Virus record (IMG/VR): IMGVR_UViG_3300015195_000018
Location: 1-25,246 of that record
Length of the DNA: 25,246 nucleotides
Source of the DNA: a virus
Taxonomy: Duplodnaviria; Caudoviricetes
Strand: one strand, 5' to 3'
Translations under genes and position numbers: made by a program
Shown here: positions 14,701 through 22,918 of the stretch, in pieces
Layout of the letters: each line of letters opens with the position of its first letter
How positions within the stretch are numbered: the stretch's first letter is position 1
The notes under the pieces: model-generated
What the model was told of the DNA's origin: nothing
The model's database searches: none
Seen by the model: the letters and a program-made list of their open reading frames with translations, nothing else

Positions 14701-16549
14701 AACCGTGGTAGACGGATTGCTGATACTCGGAACCCGCGCCGGCCAATTGCTCGACCGCGACCTTGAGCGGATACTTCGCCATCGCCTCGGTTGCCGTCAT
14801 GCCGTTGCGCTCGCCGAGCGTCGCGTACATATCGGCCGCGATCGTCGCGTAGCCCCTGTTCACTTCGGCCGGGAACCGCGCCGCCGTCGTGAGCTGATCG
14901 AGCATGTTGTCGTAGACCGTTGCCCGGTCCTGATCCCGCACGTCGTTGCCGGCTTTCCTGTCAACGACATCGGCCACTTGAGCGTTGAGGCGATCCGACT
15001 CGGTTGCCTTGTACGCCTTCGCCTCGTTGTACGTCATGGCATCCGGCGCCGAGCGGAGCTCGCCCAGGATAGCCGGCTCGATCGGGCTTCCGGCGATGTT
15101 CGTCGCATAGTCCTCGATCGGGATGCGGACCATGCCTTTCGTCGTGTGCGCCTCGGCGATTTGCTCCGTCACCCCCGGCATCTTCGAGACAAACTCGGCG
15201 GCCGGAATCTCCGATTGATGCAGCGCGTTGAGCAGGGTCGAGGCGTCAACATAGACGGCCTTGAGATTCCCGTCCTCGGCGACGTTTTTGACGAACTCGC
15301 GGAACTCGCCGGGATCGCGCTCGCGGAGCTTCGCGACCGCCGCCGCTTGGCTGATTTGGGAGAGCTGGCCGACCGCCTGTTCGGCATCGTCCGCCCGAGC
15401 GTGATCGACGTAGGTTTGACGCACGGCGTCGTGATACTCCGGGCGTTCGGACGCTCGCGGGCCCATGACGCCGCCCATCATTGCCCCGGCGAGCGCCGTC
15501 ATCGTGGCATCCTCGACCGTGAATGGATGTTGCATAGGTACGGGAAGCACCGTATTCATGGCTTGGCGCGACGCTTCGCCCGTGAGAACCCCGGATACCG
15601 CGCCGCTCGCAACGCGCGCCAGAGCCCCGCCCTGCATAGATAGCGGCATGATTCCCATGCCGGTCTGCGTCGCGTACTCCATTTGCGCCGCGTCGAACGC
15701 TTGCCGCCAGTCGCCCGTAGCCCCGTAGACCTCGCGCCCCGTGTTCACCGACGACGTGAGCGCTGGGAACATCATCGACTTGGTTGCGTGCTCGACCGCC
15801 TTCGAGGCAATCCCGACGGCCGTGGGCGCCGTGTCGGCCGCCGCGACGGCCGGCGCCGCTTCCCCGGCTCCGCCGGTCAGCATGATTTGCGACAGCATCC
15901 CGAGAAGGTTGCCCGCCGTGTACCCGGCTTTCTCCGACCACGAGGCTTCGGGCCCAGGCGTGAGCGACTTCGCCGCCTCGATCCTCGGGTCGACCATCGC
16001 CTTGAACCACTTATCTTCGGCCCCCTCACCCCCGAGCATCCGGGCGAACGGCCCGAGCACGGTATTGAATGCCGCCGCAGCGTTGTTGTAGGACGCCCCG
16101 AGCCCGGTCGCCCCGCCCTTGAGCACGTCGGCGATGGCATCGGCCGCAAACGTCGGCTCGCCAGTCGCGTCGTCGACCTTGAGCAGCGGACCCTTAACCG
16201 CCGTTTCGAGCTGCGCGAGCGCCGGGATGTCGTCGTGCGCGAGCTTCGCCTTGTCGGGATTGGTCAGGAGCTTCGCGGTTTTCGGCGCCTGATTCACGAG
16301 CGCATCGGCCCCGAAATTCATAACCGCCGAGCGGACCTTTGCCGCGTCAGGATTCGCCCGCACCGTGTCGAGCGGGAAGTCAGTCGTCCGGGCAAGGTGT
16401 TGCGCTTGCGCCTCGGAGTCGGGATCGACGTTCACCGCCTCCGCGACGTTGCTACGAATCTGCGATGCTGTCACCGCATCTTGCGCGTGCGATACCTGAG
16501 CGATTGCGTCGTCGGCATCTTGCGTCGAGAAATTGGGCATCAGTCCCAC
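8729..16549 (-). CDS. Giant internal virion (ejection) / large polyvalent protein, 2606 aa
   Basis: Occupies the third ejection protein position. It has an LPD22-like N-terminus, two YHG-initiated ART-like domains (one ART-PolyVal-like), TFIHELGH zincin motif and a long helical C-terminus. Confidence 0.9.
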   Translation of the reverse strand: MGLMPNFSTQDADDAIAQVSHAQDAVTASQIRSNVAEAVNVDPDSEAQAQHLARTTDFPLDTVRANPDAAKVRSAVMNFGADALVNQAPKTAKLLTNPDKAKLAHDDIPALAQLETAVKGPLLKVDDATGEPTFAADAIADVLKGGATGLGASYNNAAAAFNTVLGPFARMLGGEGAEDKWFKAMVDPRIEAAKSLTPGPEASWSEKAGYTAGNLLGMLSQIMLTGGAGEAAPAVAAADTAPTAVGIASKAVEHATKSMMFPALTSSVNTGREVYGATGDWRQAFDAAQMEYATQTGMGIMPLSMQGGALARVASGAVSGVLTGEASRQAMNTVLPVPMQHPFTVEDATMTALAGAMMGGVMGPRASERPEYHDAVRQTYVDHARADDAEQAVGQLSQISQAAAVAKLRERDPGEFREFVKNVAEDGNLKAVYVDASTLLNALHQSEIPAAEFVSKMPGVTEQIAEAHTTKGMVRIPIEDYATNIAGSPIEPAILGELRSAPDAMTYNEAKAYKATESDRLNAQVADVVDRKAGNDVRDQDRATVYDNMLDQLTTAARFPAEVNRGYATIAADMYATLGERNGMTATEAMAKYPLKVAVEQLAGAGSEYQQSVYHGSAIPDIHEFDSAKIGTGQGAASYGFGHYFGEAKATGESYRGILAGEQVKTPAGQVLHDSNEAGASVESTPEKTAFAALKYARDSGAKHQADFAELVLRKSIADKNLDPDMREEAKQAIEVLKEWKAKGGELKPGGAVYHVDLPDEMIGRMLHHDKPVSEQPEHVQSAVQRAFDEAGIPGAMSEKPDGDSAYTWIASALQKTGNDRAGARAASALLSKHGVPGVKYLDQGSRAAGEGTHNYVVFPGEEKNLKILDRYFQNGGGNKTETPEFKSWFGKSAVVDDAGKPLVVYHGAGRPDRIGDVFRKSRATAGPMAFFTDSHDIAGKYAEGKSDTSLDGSELDYPQWFKWKAPGSRSPVDIVRAWWHLTPEERATIAERAPEVTRNDDGEIVREPGNKTGIGNYDYEIKQSHGNSLKALVEGWLNSGALFNDEHQFIAVLKEVGFPTKGLDYVEQNANNAAVLPVYLKVEHPLETNAIPENVYAALNEAGKGKRGSGRAGPDQWSKESQSGAEWLAKFNGGKDNIDGDTYAWTSIPDWVTAKLKELGYDGIHDTGGKGGGDKHSVWIPFEQNQVKSATGNRGTFDPNSDSILKQGPKGAYDPTTGTIALLKNADLSTFIHELGHHGLEMMADIAGAKDAPADVSHDFGTLLKWFGVSDVNEWNGLSVDEKRSYHEQFAEGFEKYIAEGKAPSVELQSVFSKMRSWLLNVYQSLTNMRVELTPEVRGVMDRLLASKEAISAAESVRGYEPLFKSAAEAGMTPERFAEYQATGREATQKAIDEMQDRSARDMRFLSNAKSRALREAQATAERMRAETRMQVAGEVWKQPIYQAWQFLTGHDVGREPADRAKATAFVHPERDDLLAAIAKLGGLRKGEVVSEFGLDPKEKVDSGVFGKPVFRTESGGMSIDRMVESLAQYGYLHVDEHGKADIAEFEERLGNAVRGGKEVSYAYDHEAGGDKTAADYAGRDAGRIDRNLAKQTASPEAVGKLETLGMLRNGGIDPEVVAEIHGIGNGKDLIEGLAKAEHPHDAIDRLTDERMLQQHGELATPDAVERYAEQAIHNDARARFMATGLSVLTKSQGTAKMINDAAKEAAEAAIAGKKVSDLSPQQYLAAEARSNRQAMLLAARDPNGAASEQRAALLNNRLFKAANEALQNVRDGLDYFKALDKATVRARIDVEYRDQIDAMLARFDLRKSVSAADRARLGNLQNWIESLQNRGYEPAVAEYLANEAYRTHYKDMTVEQFRGLVDAVKSIDYLGREVLKIRDGEKSADFDTVVLEARDKMRELPQREAETNRGLDRIEGKWLKGKAVVRSADASLLKMEQMLDWLDGRNPDGAFNRIVFRRIAESASRETTMRHNVQAQMRALADTLPKDWGKDFSTPIAVPELSDNRAATSGARLTKAQIISLALNTGTESNLTKVIKGEGWGGEQIRATLDRNMTEHDWTFVRGVWEIVGQFYPDIAAMERRLGNTAPEKIAGRTVETKYVNFQGGYYPMVYDRARAFDVDQRSDRSADALFENTYTKATTPKGHTIARTGYAGPVLLSLDVLPRHLAQVTHDLAMREAVIDADRFLSDSRVREGIEAALGVEYYKQLRPWLQSIANDKVFNDAGLGFWDNAAHWARTTTTMVGLGLRFTTMMLHGASAASNSVGELGVKWMTSGANAFLGSPAKMVEARDFIFDRSPEMANRMREFDRDVRDGLRDIEAKGLNGPVGAVTAVTQGARRFAYFGISMLDMASALPTWMGAYNKAMAPEAKGGLAMSESDAVYFADKSVRNAHGGGGTKDLAAAQRGTETWKLATMFYSFWSHFYNRQRDTGRMAMGIPADISAGDYAGARRDFAMVLARSWWYFVIPALLHGAIKPPPTGHDDDKENFAMWTAKELGLALTSGVPILRDVANAMANGRDYQATPAEGIVRNLFATADDVKAKVKGEPVSDKWLRHAIETSGYTFGLPLGQPAASVQFLWDTGTGRVHPTDLADWYKGIVHGDMRR

Positions 16550-18804
16550 CCTCCGGTCGCGCCAGCGTCACCGCTCGATGCCTGCGGACCCGGTAGCGCC
16601 GGCTTGGCTTTGTTGCCCTTGCTCATCATCGTCCAGTAAGAGCGAAGCATCTGATCGTCCGAAGGCTTCGGAACCCCGGCTCGAATCCACGCCGACTTGA
16701 TTTGCGTCGCCGCATCCGCCGGGATCGCGTCGGCTTTCATTGTCATCATCTGACCCGTCGGCACGGCGATCCCGAGCAGCTTCCCGACACTGCCATCCCA
16801 CACCGAGCGGAATTCCGTGTTTTTCTGGAACAGCCCGTCGACGAATTGCTCCGATTCAACCGGCGTCATCTTGCGACCTAAATCTTGCTGATGCTTCGCA
16901 GCCGCGTCGTGAACGAACATCATTATCGTGCCCACTTGCGCACGCGATTCGCCATCCTTCGGGCCCGGCGTCGGGTTGACGCCAGACGATTCAAGACGAG
17001 TTTTGATAGCACCGTTGAGAGCTTGGTACGCGAGCGAGCCCGACTTGTCGTCCGTCGAGGCGTTGTTGATCCTCGACCGCTCGCGCGTCAGTGTGTCGAA
17101 ATCACGCTCCGACAGCGACGGCCGCAGCGCCATGAAATCGGCGTCCGTGAGCTTTGCCATCTTGTCCGGGTACGACACGAGATTGAAGTACACCCCAGGA
17201 TCGGTTTCCCGCGACGGGTTTGCGATCGCGTTCGCGAACTGCGGAATGCTGGCATAGCGCGCCGGATCGTTCGCGGCGAGCGCATCCTTTTGCGACGCAG
17301 GAACCGCGCCCCAATCGCCGCCGTTTGCGATTAGCGTTTGCTGCACCGTCGACAACGATTGATCCGCCAGCTCTTTGTTCGAAGTCTTTGTGATTTGATA
17401 TTGCTTCTCGGCCGCTGTCTTTGTGAAAGCGAGCTGTTGCGGAGTCGGGTTGTCTCCGAGCTTCGCCACCGCCGAATCGACGAACTGTTGCAACGTCGGA
17501 ACCGGCGGAATGCCGCCGCCGCCGTTGAGCTGTTTCATGCCCTTCGCGACGTAGGTTTGCGTTTCGTTCGGCAGATACGCAAGCCACTTCTCCGGTTGCT
17601 TGTCTTTTGTCGCCTCGTGAATCGCGTCGTCGGTCGCCTTCGGTCCCGCGTTGTATGCCGCCATCGCTTGAGCCGGGTTGCCATACTTCTGAACCATCGC
17701 TTGCAAATACTGACCGCCGACACGGTTGTATTCGGCGGGCGAATCGTCTGCCGCCGGCACGATCCCGAACCCCGGATTCTTTGCCGTGGCCGGCTCGACT
17801 TGCATCGCGTATTTCGCGCCCGCGCTCGACGTGAGCGGATTGCCGTCTTTGTCGAAATCCTTGCCCTGAGATTCAAGCCCAAGCACGATGCCTTTGAGCC
17901 GCGTCAGGTCCGACGGTTGCGTTGCCGGCGCCGCCTCGACGCGCGCTTGCTGCACTACGTTGTCAGCAATGCGAGCGTCAACGTCACGAGTGAGCGAGCC
18001 CGACACTTTGAGGATGTCGGCGGCCGTCATGCCGTCTTTGAACTGCGCAAGATATTGCTGCGCATAGACCGGGTTATTGTTCTCGATCGCCGCCGCGATT
18101 ACCTTGCTGTGAATCTGACTCGTGGCGACGAGCAATTGCGACGCCGTGAGATTCGCCGGCTGACCCGCCAGCGTGCCGGCACGCACCACGGCCGCCGACA
18201 CGCTGCGCACGTCGGCTTGAATCTTGTCGGGATCGTTCCAATTGCGCTCCGCGTCATCCTGCCCGAGCTTGACCGCCCCGTTTTGCACTTCCATTGAGTA
18301 GGCTTTCCACTCGTTGAGAGTGTGCTTTTCGACCTCGCCCGTGAACGACGTTGCGAGGGTTTGCGACTGTTGCGTGAACAATTGCCGTTGCTTGTCGTTC
18401 CCGAGCCCGGCCGACAGGTCGTCGATCTTCGATTGCAATTGCTCGTTGTACTTTTGCGAGAGTGTTTGCCCGTCGTCCCCAGGTTGCGCCGCGATGCCCT
18501 TTTGCGCGAGATAGCCGCTGTCCGGGTTATAGGTCAGGTCAAGCGATGTCTGCCGCGCTTGATTCATTGCGTCAGTGACGCGCACCTGATTCGCGTCGTC
18601 CTGTGCCTGCGAATACATCCGCGTCAGGCTCGCCGTCATCCCCTCCGCCGCCGCCGCGCCCTGATCGGCAGAGCGGCGCGCGGACATCGCAGACTGTCCG
18701 AACCCCTGCGGAATTTGAGTCGGCGAAAGGCTCTCCGACTGTACCGTGTTCGGGTTGATGATATCCGGCTGATCCGGCGGACCGATTTGATAGCCCAAGC
18801 GCAT
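16540..18804 (-). CDS. Internal virion protein with soluble lytic transglycosylase (SLT) domain
   Basis: GLESQG, TSSAGAKYAMQVEPATA, AMAAYNAGP and LPNETQTYV SLT motifs at about 17545-17905. Ejection protein position. Confidence 0.9.
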   Translation of the reverse strand: MRLGYQIGPPDQPDIINPNTVQSESLSPTQIPQGFGQSAMSARRSADQGAAAAEGMTASLTRMYSQAQDDANQVRVTDAMNQARQTSLDLTYNPDSGYLAQKGIAAQPGDDGQTLSQKYNEQLQSKIDDLSAGLGNDKQRQLFTQQSQTLATSFTGEVEKHTLNEWKAYSMEVQNGAVKLGQDDAERNWNDPDKIQADVRSVSAAVVRAGTLAGQPANLTASQLLVATSQIHSKVIAAAIENNNPVYAQQYLAQFKDGMTAADILKVSGSLTRDVDARIADNVVQQARVEAAPATQPSDLTRLKGIVLGLESQGKDFDKDGNPLTSSAGAKYAMQVEPATAKNPGFGIVPAADDSPAEYNRVGGQYLQAMVQKYGNPAQAMAAYNAGPKATDDAIHEATKDKQPEKWLAYLPNETQTYVAKGMKQLNGGGGIPPVPTLQQFVDSAVAKLGDNPTPQQLAFTKTAAEKQYQITKTSNKELADQSLSTVQQTLIANGGDWGAVPASQKDALAANDPARYASIPQFANAIANPSRETDPGVYFNLVSYPDKMAKLTDADFMALRPSLSERDFDTLTRERSRINNASTDDKSGSLAYQALNGAIKTRLESSGVNPTPGPKDGESRAQVGTIMMFVHDAAAKHQQDLGRKMTPVESEQFVDGLFQKNTEFRSVWDGSVGKLLGIAVPTGQMMTMKADAIPADAATQIKSAWIRAGVPKPSDDQMLRSYWTMMSKGNKAKPALPGPQASSGDAGATGGWD

Positions 18805-18814
18805 GATTTAAGCC

Positions 18815-19963
18815 TTAAGGTCCGTTGATAGAAAACGAAGGCGTCTCAAACACCGGCATGTTGTTCGTGTAACTGCCCGTGTTGAAATCGTAGAAGCCGC
18901 CGCCGGCCCCGTAGCCCTTGCTACCGTCGGATTGCGTCGGCATCCCGCTGCCGCTGCCATCGAACAGGTTGCCGATCTTATCGAACGCGCCAGACTTGTA
19001 GAGCGAGAATCCGGCGTTCGTTATGCTCGTCAGCTCATTTAGCAACGGCGCAGCATCGACGGAATGCGGGTTGATCGCGCTCGCCACCGCGAGGCTTGTT
19101 CCCGCTTGCGCGACCTTGTTGTTGTAGTCGATCCCCGCCATCCCAAGCGAGTAGCCGATGATCGCCTTGTCGTTCGACAGCCCCGCCGACGCGAGCGCCT
19201 TCGCCAGATCGACATTCGCATCGGATATCTTGAGCATCGCCGTCGACTTCGAGTCGGCGAGCGCCGTCGTGACCGTCGCCCCCTCTTGCGTCATCGCCGC
19301 CTCGCCGAGCTTGCCGGCCGCGCTCATATTGTCGGCCATCGCGTTGACGTTATGCCCGAACGCATCCATTGCCGCACGCTGTTGAATGATGATTGCCTGT
19401 TGCGCGCTCACCACGTCAATCGACGTGCGCACGGCGGCCGACGTGCCGACACTCATATCAATGTTTCCGGCAGCGAGCTTCGCCGTTTCAGTCGACTTCT
19501 GCATGGCAAAGGCTTCGTCGCTCGCCTGTTCGCGCTGCTGGCCTTGGAGCAAAGACGATTGCGCTTGCAACCCCTCGAAACGGGCGTGCAACTGATCTAT
19601 CGCGGCGCCGGCCGTCAGCGCCGCCACCATTCCGCTCGCGCGGATTTGATTGACGGCCGCCTGTCCCTTAATGTCCTCGGTCTGCATCTGCATTCCGACC
19701 CTCGACATTTCGGCCTGATTCACGGCGTAGTCATATTTCAGTTGCGCGTTGATTCCCTCTATCCCCGAGCGCGTCGTCGCGGCTTCAAGGTTCGACTGTG
19801 CGCCGATCTTCATTAGGCCGGCGTTGTTGACCGCGACCTCTTTTTCGATCGTGAAATCTTGTTGTTGCGCTTGCTGCGCAGCTTGTTGTTGCTTGCGCGC
19901 CTGATTCTGTTCGTACAGACTCAGGCCCGCGCCAACGACGCCAATGGCTATTGCAGCGAACAT
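18815..19963 (-). CDS. Internal virion protein (T7 gp14-like position), 382 aa
   Basis: Hydrophobic N-terminus MFAAIAIGVVGAGLSLY, Ala/Gln-rich helical body and LAAGNIDMSVGTS motif. First ejection gene slot. Confidence 0.8.
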   Translation of the reverse strand: MFAAIAIGVVGAGLSLYEQNQARKQQQAAQQAQQQDFTIEKEVAVNNAGLMKIGAQSNLEAATTRSGIEGINAQLKYDYAVNQAEMSRVGMQMQTEDIKGQAAVNQIRASGMVAALTAGAAIDQLHARFEGLQAQSSLLQGQQREQASDEAFAMQKSTETAKLAAGNIDMSVGTSAAVRTSIDVVSAQQAIIIQQRAAMDAFGHNVNAMADNMSAAGKLGEAAMTQEGATVTTALADSKSTAMLKISDANVDLAKALASAGLSNDKAIIGYSLGMAGIDYNNKVAQAGTSLAVASAINPHSVDAAPLLNELTSITNAGFSLYKSGAFDKIGNLFDGSGSGMPTQSDGSKGYGAGGGFYDFNTGSYTNNMPVFETPSFSINGP

Positions 19964-19965
19964 AA

Positions 19966-20478
19966 CTATTCCCCCATCCCGTCGGCGAGCAATAGCCGCT
20001 CACGCTCTAAAAATTGCTCGTGCGTTTCCGTCGTCATCATGGCAACCAACTTGTCAACGTCGCGCTCATCGGTCGGGTTGGCGAAGCACCCGGACAAGAT
20101 ACAATCCTCCAAAATGTAGAGTGCCTTTTTCGCCCCCTTCGGCGACACCCAGGTACACGGCGCGCGAACCTCTTTGACCTCGCCGCCATCCGTGAACCGG
20201 AACGCGCCTTGAAGCACCATCGTTATCCCATCTTGCAAATGCACGCGCCCGGTAACGACGGCGCCCGCCGGCATGAAGATTTCGCGAACGTAGACACCCG
20301 GAGCGAAGTAGTGTTTCACCGGCAAATCAATCTGCGGAAGCTGCCGCGCCGCATCCTCCAACCGCAATATCGCCGCGCGATTTTCCGCGTCGAGCTCGAA
20401 TTTCGGCGCGACCACAATGGGCCCGATATTGACGCGATAAGCGCCATCGAGGAACCCAACGGCGGAACGATCGCCCAC
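19966..20478 (-). CDS. Cupin-like phage protein
   Basis: VKHYFAPGVYVREIFMPAGAVVTGRVH...VRAPCTWVSPKGAKKALYILEDC fits a double-stranded beta-helix pattern. Confidence 0.75.
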   Translation of the reverse strand: MGDRSAVGFLDGAYRVNIGPIVVAPKFELDAENRAAILRLEDAARQLPQIDLPVKHYFAPGVYVREIFMPAGAVVTGRVHLQDGITMVLQGAFRFTDGGEVKEVRAPCTWVSPKGAKKALYILEDCILSGCFANPTDERDVDKLVAMMTTETHEQFLERERLLLADGMGE

Positions 20479-20479
20479 G

Positions 20480-22918
20480 TCAGCCCCCCACCGTCACGTC
20501 GGCCTCGATGCCCAGGAGCGTCAGGGGCAACGGATCGGTCTGTCGGATGAACACTTGCCCGCCGTTGTTCCACGAAGGCTTGATGTCGATTTGAACCTCA
20601 TCCGTCGTGAGCGCGGGAGGGACGCCGTAGTTTTCGTTCGTCCGCTGTTCGACTTGCACAAGGTTGCTCGCGTCCGGGCCCGCGAAGAAGCCGCTCGACC
20701 GGAACACCTTTAGATAGACACGGTTGACGTTTTTCTTGTGGCCTTGCGCGAAGCCGGGCCCGTCGACAACGACCGGGAGCGTTTGCGCGTCGGCCGTAAT
20801 CTGTAGCCCGATTTGCGCAACCGACACCGCCGATTGCAGCGTGATCGCGCCGCCAGTGACGACACATTGCGGCAGCACGCCACCGTCGCCCAGGACGGAA
20901 ACGGTCTGCCCTTCGAGCCAAGTGAGCCCCGAGATAACCGTTGCCGGCGCACCCGAGTACGTCACACCGCAATCGACAAAGAATTGATCCTGTTGCGCCG
21001 CCGTCGTCAGTCGGGTATGGAAACATTCGACATAGCGCACGACGGAACCGTTGATCGTCCGATTGACGATAAAGTAAGCGATATCGCTCGTCCCTTCGGC
21101 CACCACGCAACATGACTCGAAAATGCCATTCTGCGTGTCGTGCTTGTGCCACGCGCGAATGCCTTGTTGCGGCGCATACGTCAAACCCCGCAACTGCCCG
21201 CTGGAGAAGTCGACGAAGTAGATGATCGGATAGGGAAGCTTCGCAAACCCTATCGTCCCGACAATGTTGGCCCCTTCGAACAGATGCGTCACGCGATAAG
21301 ATAGGTCGCTCGCGACGTAGCCGCCGGCCTGATATACGAAGCTCATTTCGTGCGGCCTGCCACCGCGCGCGGCAGCGAACACAACGCTGTTCGCCACAAC
21401 AACAGGCTGCGCGTTGTTCGCTCCGACGTAGCCTTGCGGCTTCGCGTTGACCGTGCTCGGCGTCAACGGCCCCCCGACCGGGTTGTTGACCCGCCACTCG
21501 GTTGACGACGTGAGCAAGAGCATATCTATCAGTGGAACTATATGGCGGATCGAGCACGCTTCACGCGCCGCAACGCGGAATTGAATCGAGTCGTCGTCGC
21601 GGATCGGCAGCGAGTAATTCATGTTCGATTCAGTGCCCGACTTCGTTGCCCACACATTTTGCAGCGCGAGATTCGATCCACCAAAGACGCGCCGTTGCTC
21701 GACGTATCCGACGGCCGCCGGATAGTTGCCGACACCGACAAACGGGTTGATGCTGTTCGGCGGAGTGTGCGACAGGTCGGCAGCGATGTTGTTGTCGACG
21801 AACGACAGGCTCGAATCAGCTTGCCCGATATACCCGTACAAACCGCCATTGAACTTGTAAACCTGATATCGGACCGCGCCAACGCTCGCGTTCCAAGTGA
21901 TCGTGTTGAAATTGCCGGTCGTGAAAAGGTTGCCGGTACAAGTGGCGAACGTGCTCGGCAACGACTCGTCAGTGAGTAGATTGCCAACGGCCGTGACGAC
22001 GTACTTGTAGACGATCGTGCCGGCGCCGGTCGCGACCGCCGCGACGCCCGTAGGCGCAATCTGACTCGACTGGAACAGCGGAACGATAAGGGTCCACGTC
22101 GTCGCACCCAGGCGCCGCAATTCCATCGGAGGGTAGGTCGGATGCACGAGCGTCATAACGTCCGCGCTTTGCGTGTAGTGAATGGCGTTCAAGTCGGCCG
22201 CCGCATACGGCGACGGGATTTCATACTCTCCGGTCGCCGGCTCGGCATACCAATACGTCGCATTCGGTGGAACATTGTTCGCGTTGAACGTCGTGCAGTA
22301 ATAGTTGGTGCCGGCGCTCGACACCAAGTCGCCGGGCAGATAGCACAGCCACCCGGTATGCACGCCAGAGCCCGCCGTCGTCGTTGCGATCGAGGCGCCC
22401 CCCGCCGTCAACGAAATCTGAAACGACCCGGCCACGAGCCCGGTCGCGGAAACGTAGTAAGCCGTGTTAGGAGCGAGCGGCGCCGGCAGCGTGCCCGTCG
22501 TCGTGAAAAGCACCTTGTCGCCCGCAGCGAGCCCGTGCGCCGCCCAGGTAACGACGGCCGGCGTCGCGTTCGAAATCGTGACGGTCGCATTATTCCCGCG
22601 CCACGCCGGACCCGCCGGGCACAACAGCGCCGCGCCCGCCGTATGGAACCGGACGGACAGCGCGCCCAGCTCAATGACCATCGTTTGCGTCGTGTTATAG
22701 GTGAACGGAATGACCCGCGAAAGTTGGGTCGAATCCCTCGTCGTGCGAACGTACCGCAAGCCGGCACGATTCTCGATCATGCCGCCCGGCTTAACCCAAA
22801 AGTTACGGCACGTCGCGAGCCCACCCTGATAGATCGGATCGTCGATCCGGCCGAAGAACTCGGGCGAGACTTCGCCGCCGCCGAACGTCGCTTGATAGTC
22901 GCGCAGACCCATCGTCAA
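20480..22918 (-). CDS. Tail tubular protein B / nozzle (T7 gp12-like)
   Basis: FGGGEVSPEFFGRIDD, YTQSADVMTLVHP, YPAAVGYVEQR, AWHKHDT and QTDPLPLTLL motifs. 812 aa, following tubular A. Confidence 0.9.
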   Translation of the reverse strand: MTMGLRDYQATFGGGEVSPEFFGRIDDPIYQGGLATCRNFWVKPGGMIENRAGLRYVRTTRDSTQLSRVIPFTYNTTQTMVIELGALSVRFHTAGAALLCPAGPAWRGNNATVTISNATPAVVTWAAHGLAAGDKVLFTTTGTLPAPLAPNTAYYVSATGLVAGSFQISLTAGGASIATTTAGSGVHTGWLCYLPGDLVSSAGTNYYCTTFNANNVPPNATYWYAEPATGEYEIPSPYAAADLNAIHYTQSADVMTLVHPTYPPMELRRLGATTWTLIVPLFQSSQIAPTGVAAVATGAGTIVYKYVVTAVGNLLTDESLPSTFATCTGNLFTTGNFNTITWNASVGAVRYQVYKFNGGLYGYIGQADSSLSFVDNNIAADLSHTPPNSINPFVGVGNYPAAVGYVEQRRVFGGSNLALQNVWATKSGTESNMNYSLPIRDDDSIQFRVAAREACSIRHIVPLIDMLLLTSSTEWRVNNPVGGPLTPSTVNAKPQGYVGANNAQPVVVANSVVFAAARGGRPHEMSFVYQAGGYVASDLSYRVTHLFEGANIVGTIGFAKLPYPIIYFVDFSSGQLRGLTYAPQQGIRAWHKHDTQNGIFESCCVVAEGTSDIAYFIVNRTINGSVVRYVECFHTRLTTAAQQDQFFVDCGVTYSGAPATVISGLTWLEGQTVSVLGDGGVLPQCVVTGGAITLQSAVSVAQIGLQITADAQTLPVVVDGPGFAQGHKKNVNRVYLKVFRSSGFFAGPDASNLVQVEQRTNENYGVPPALTTDEVQIDIKPSWNNGGQVFIRQTDPLPLTLLGIEADVTVGG

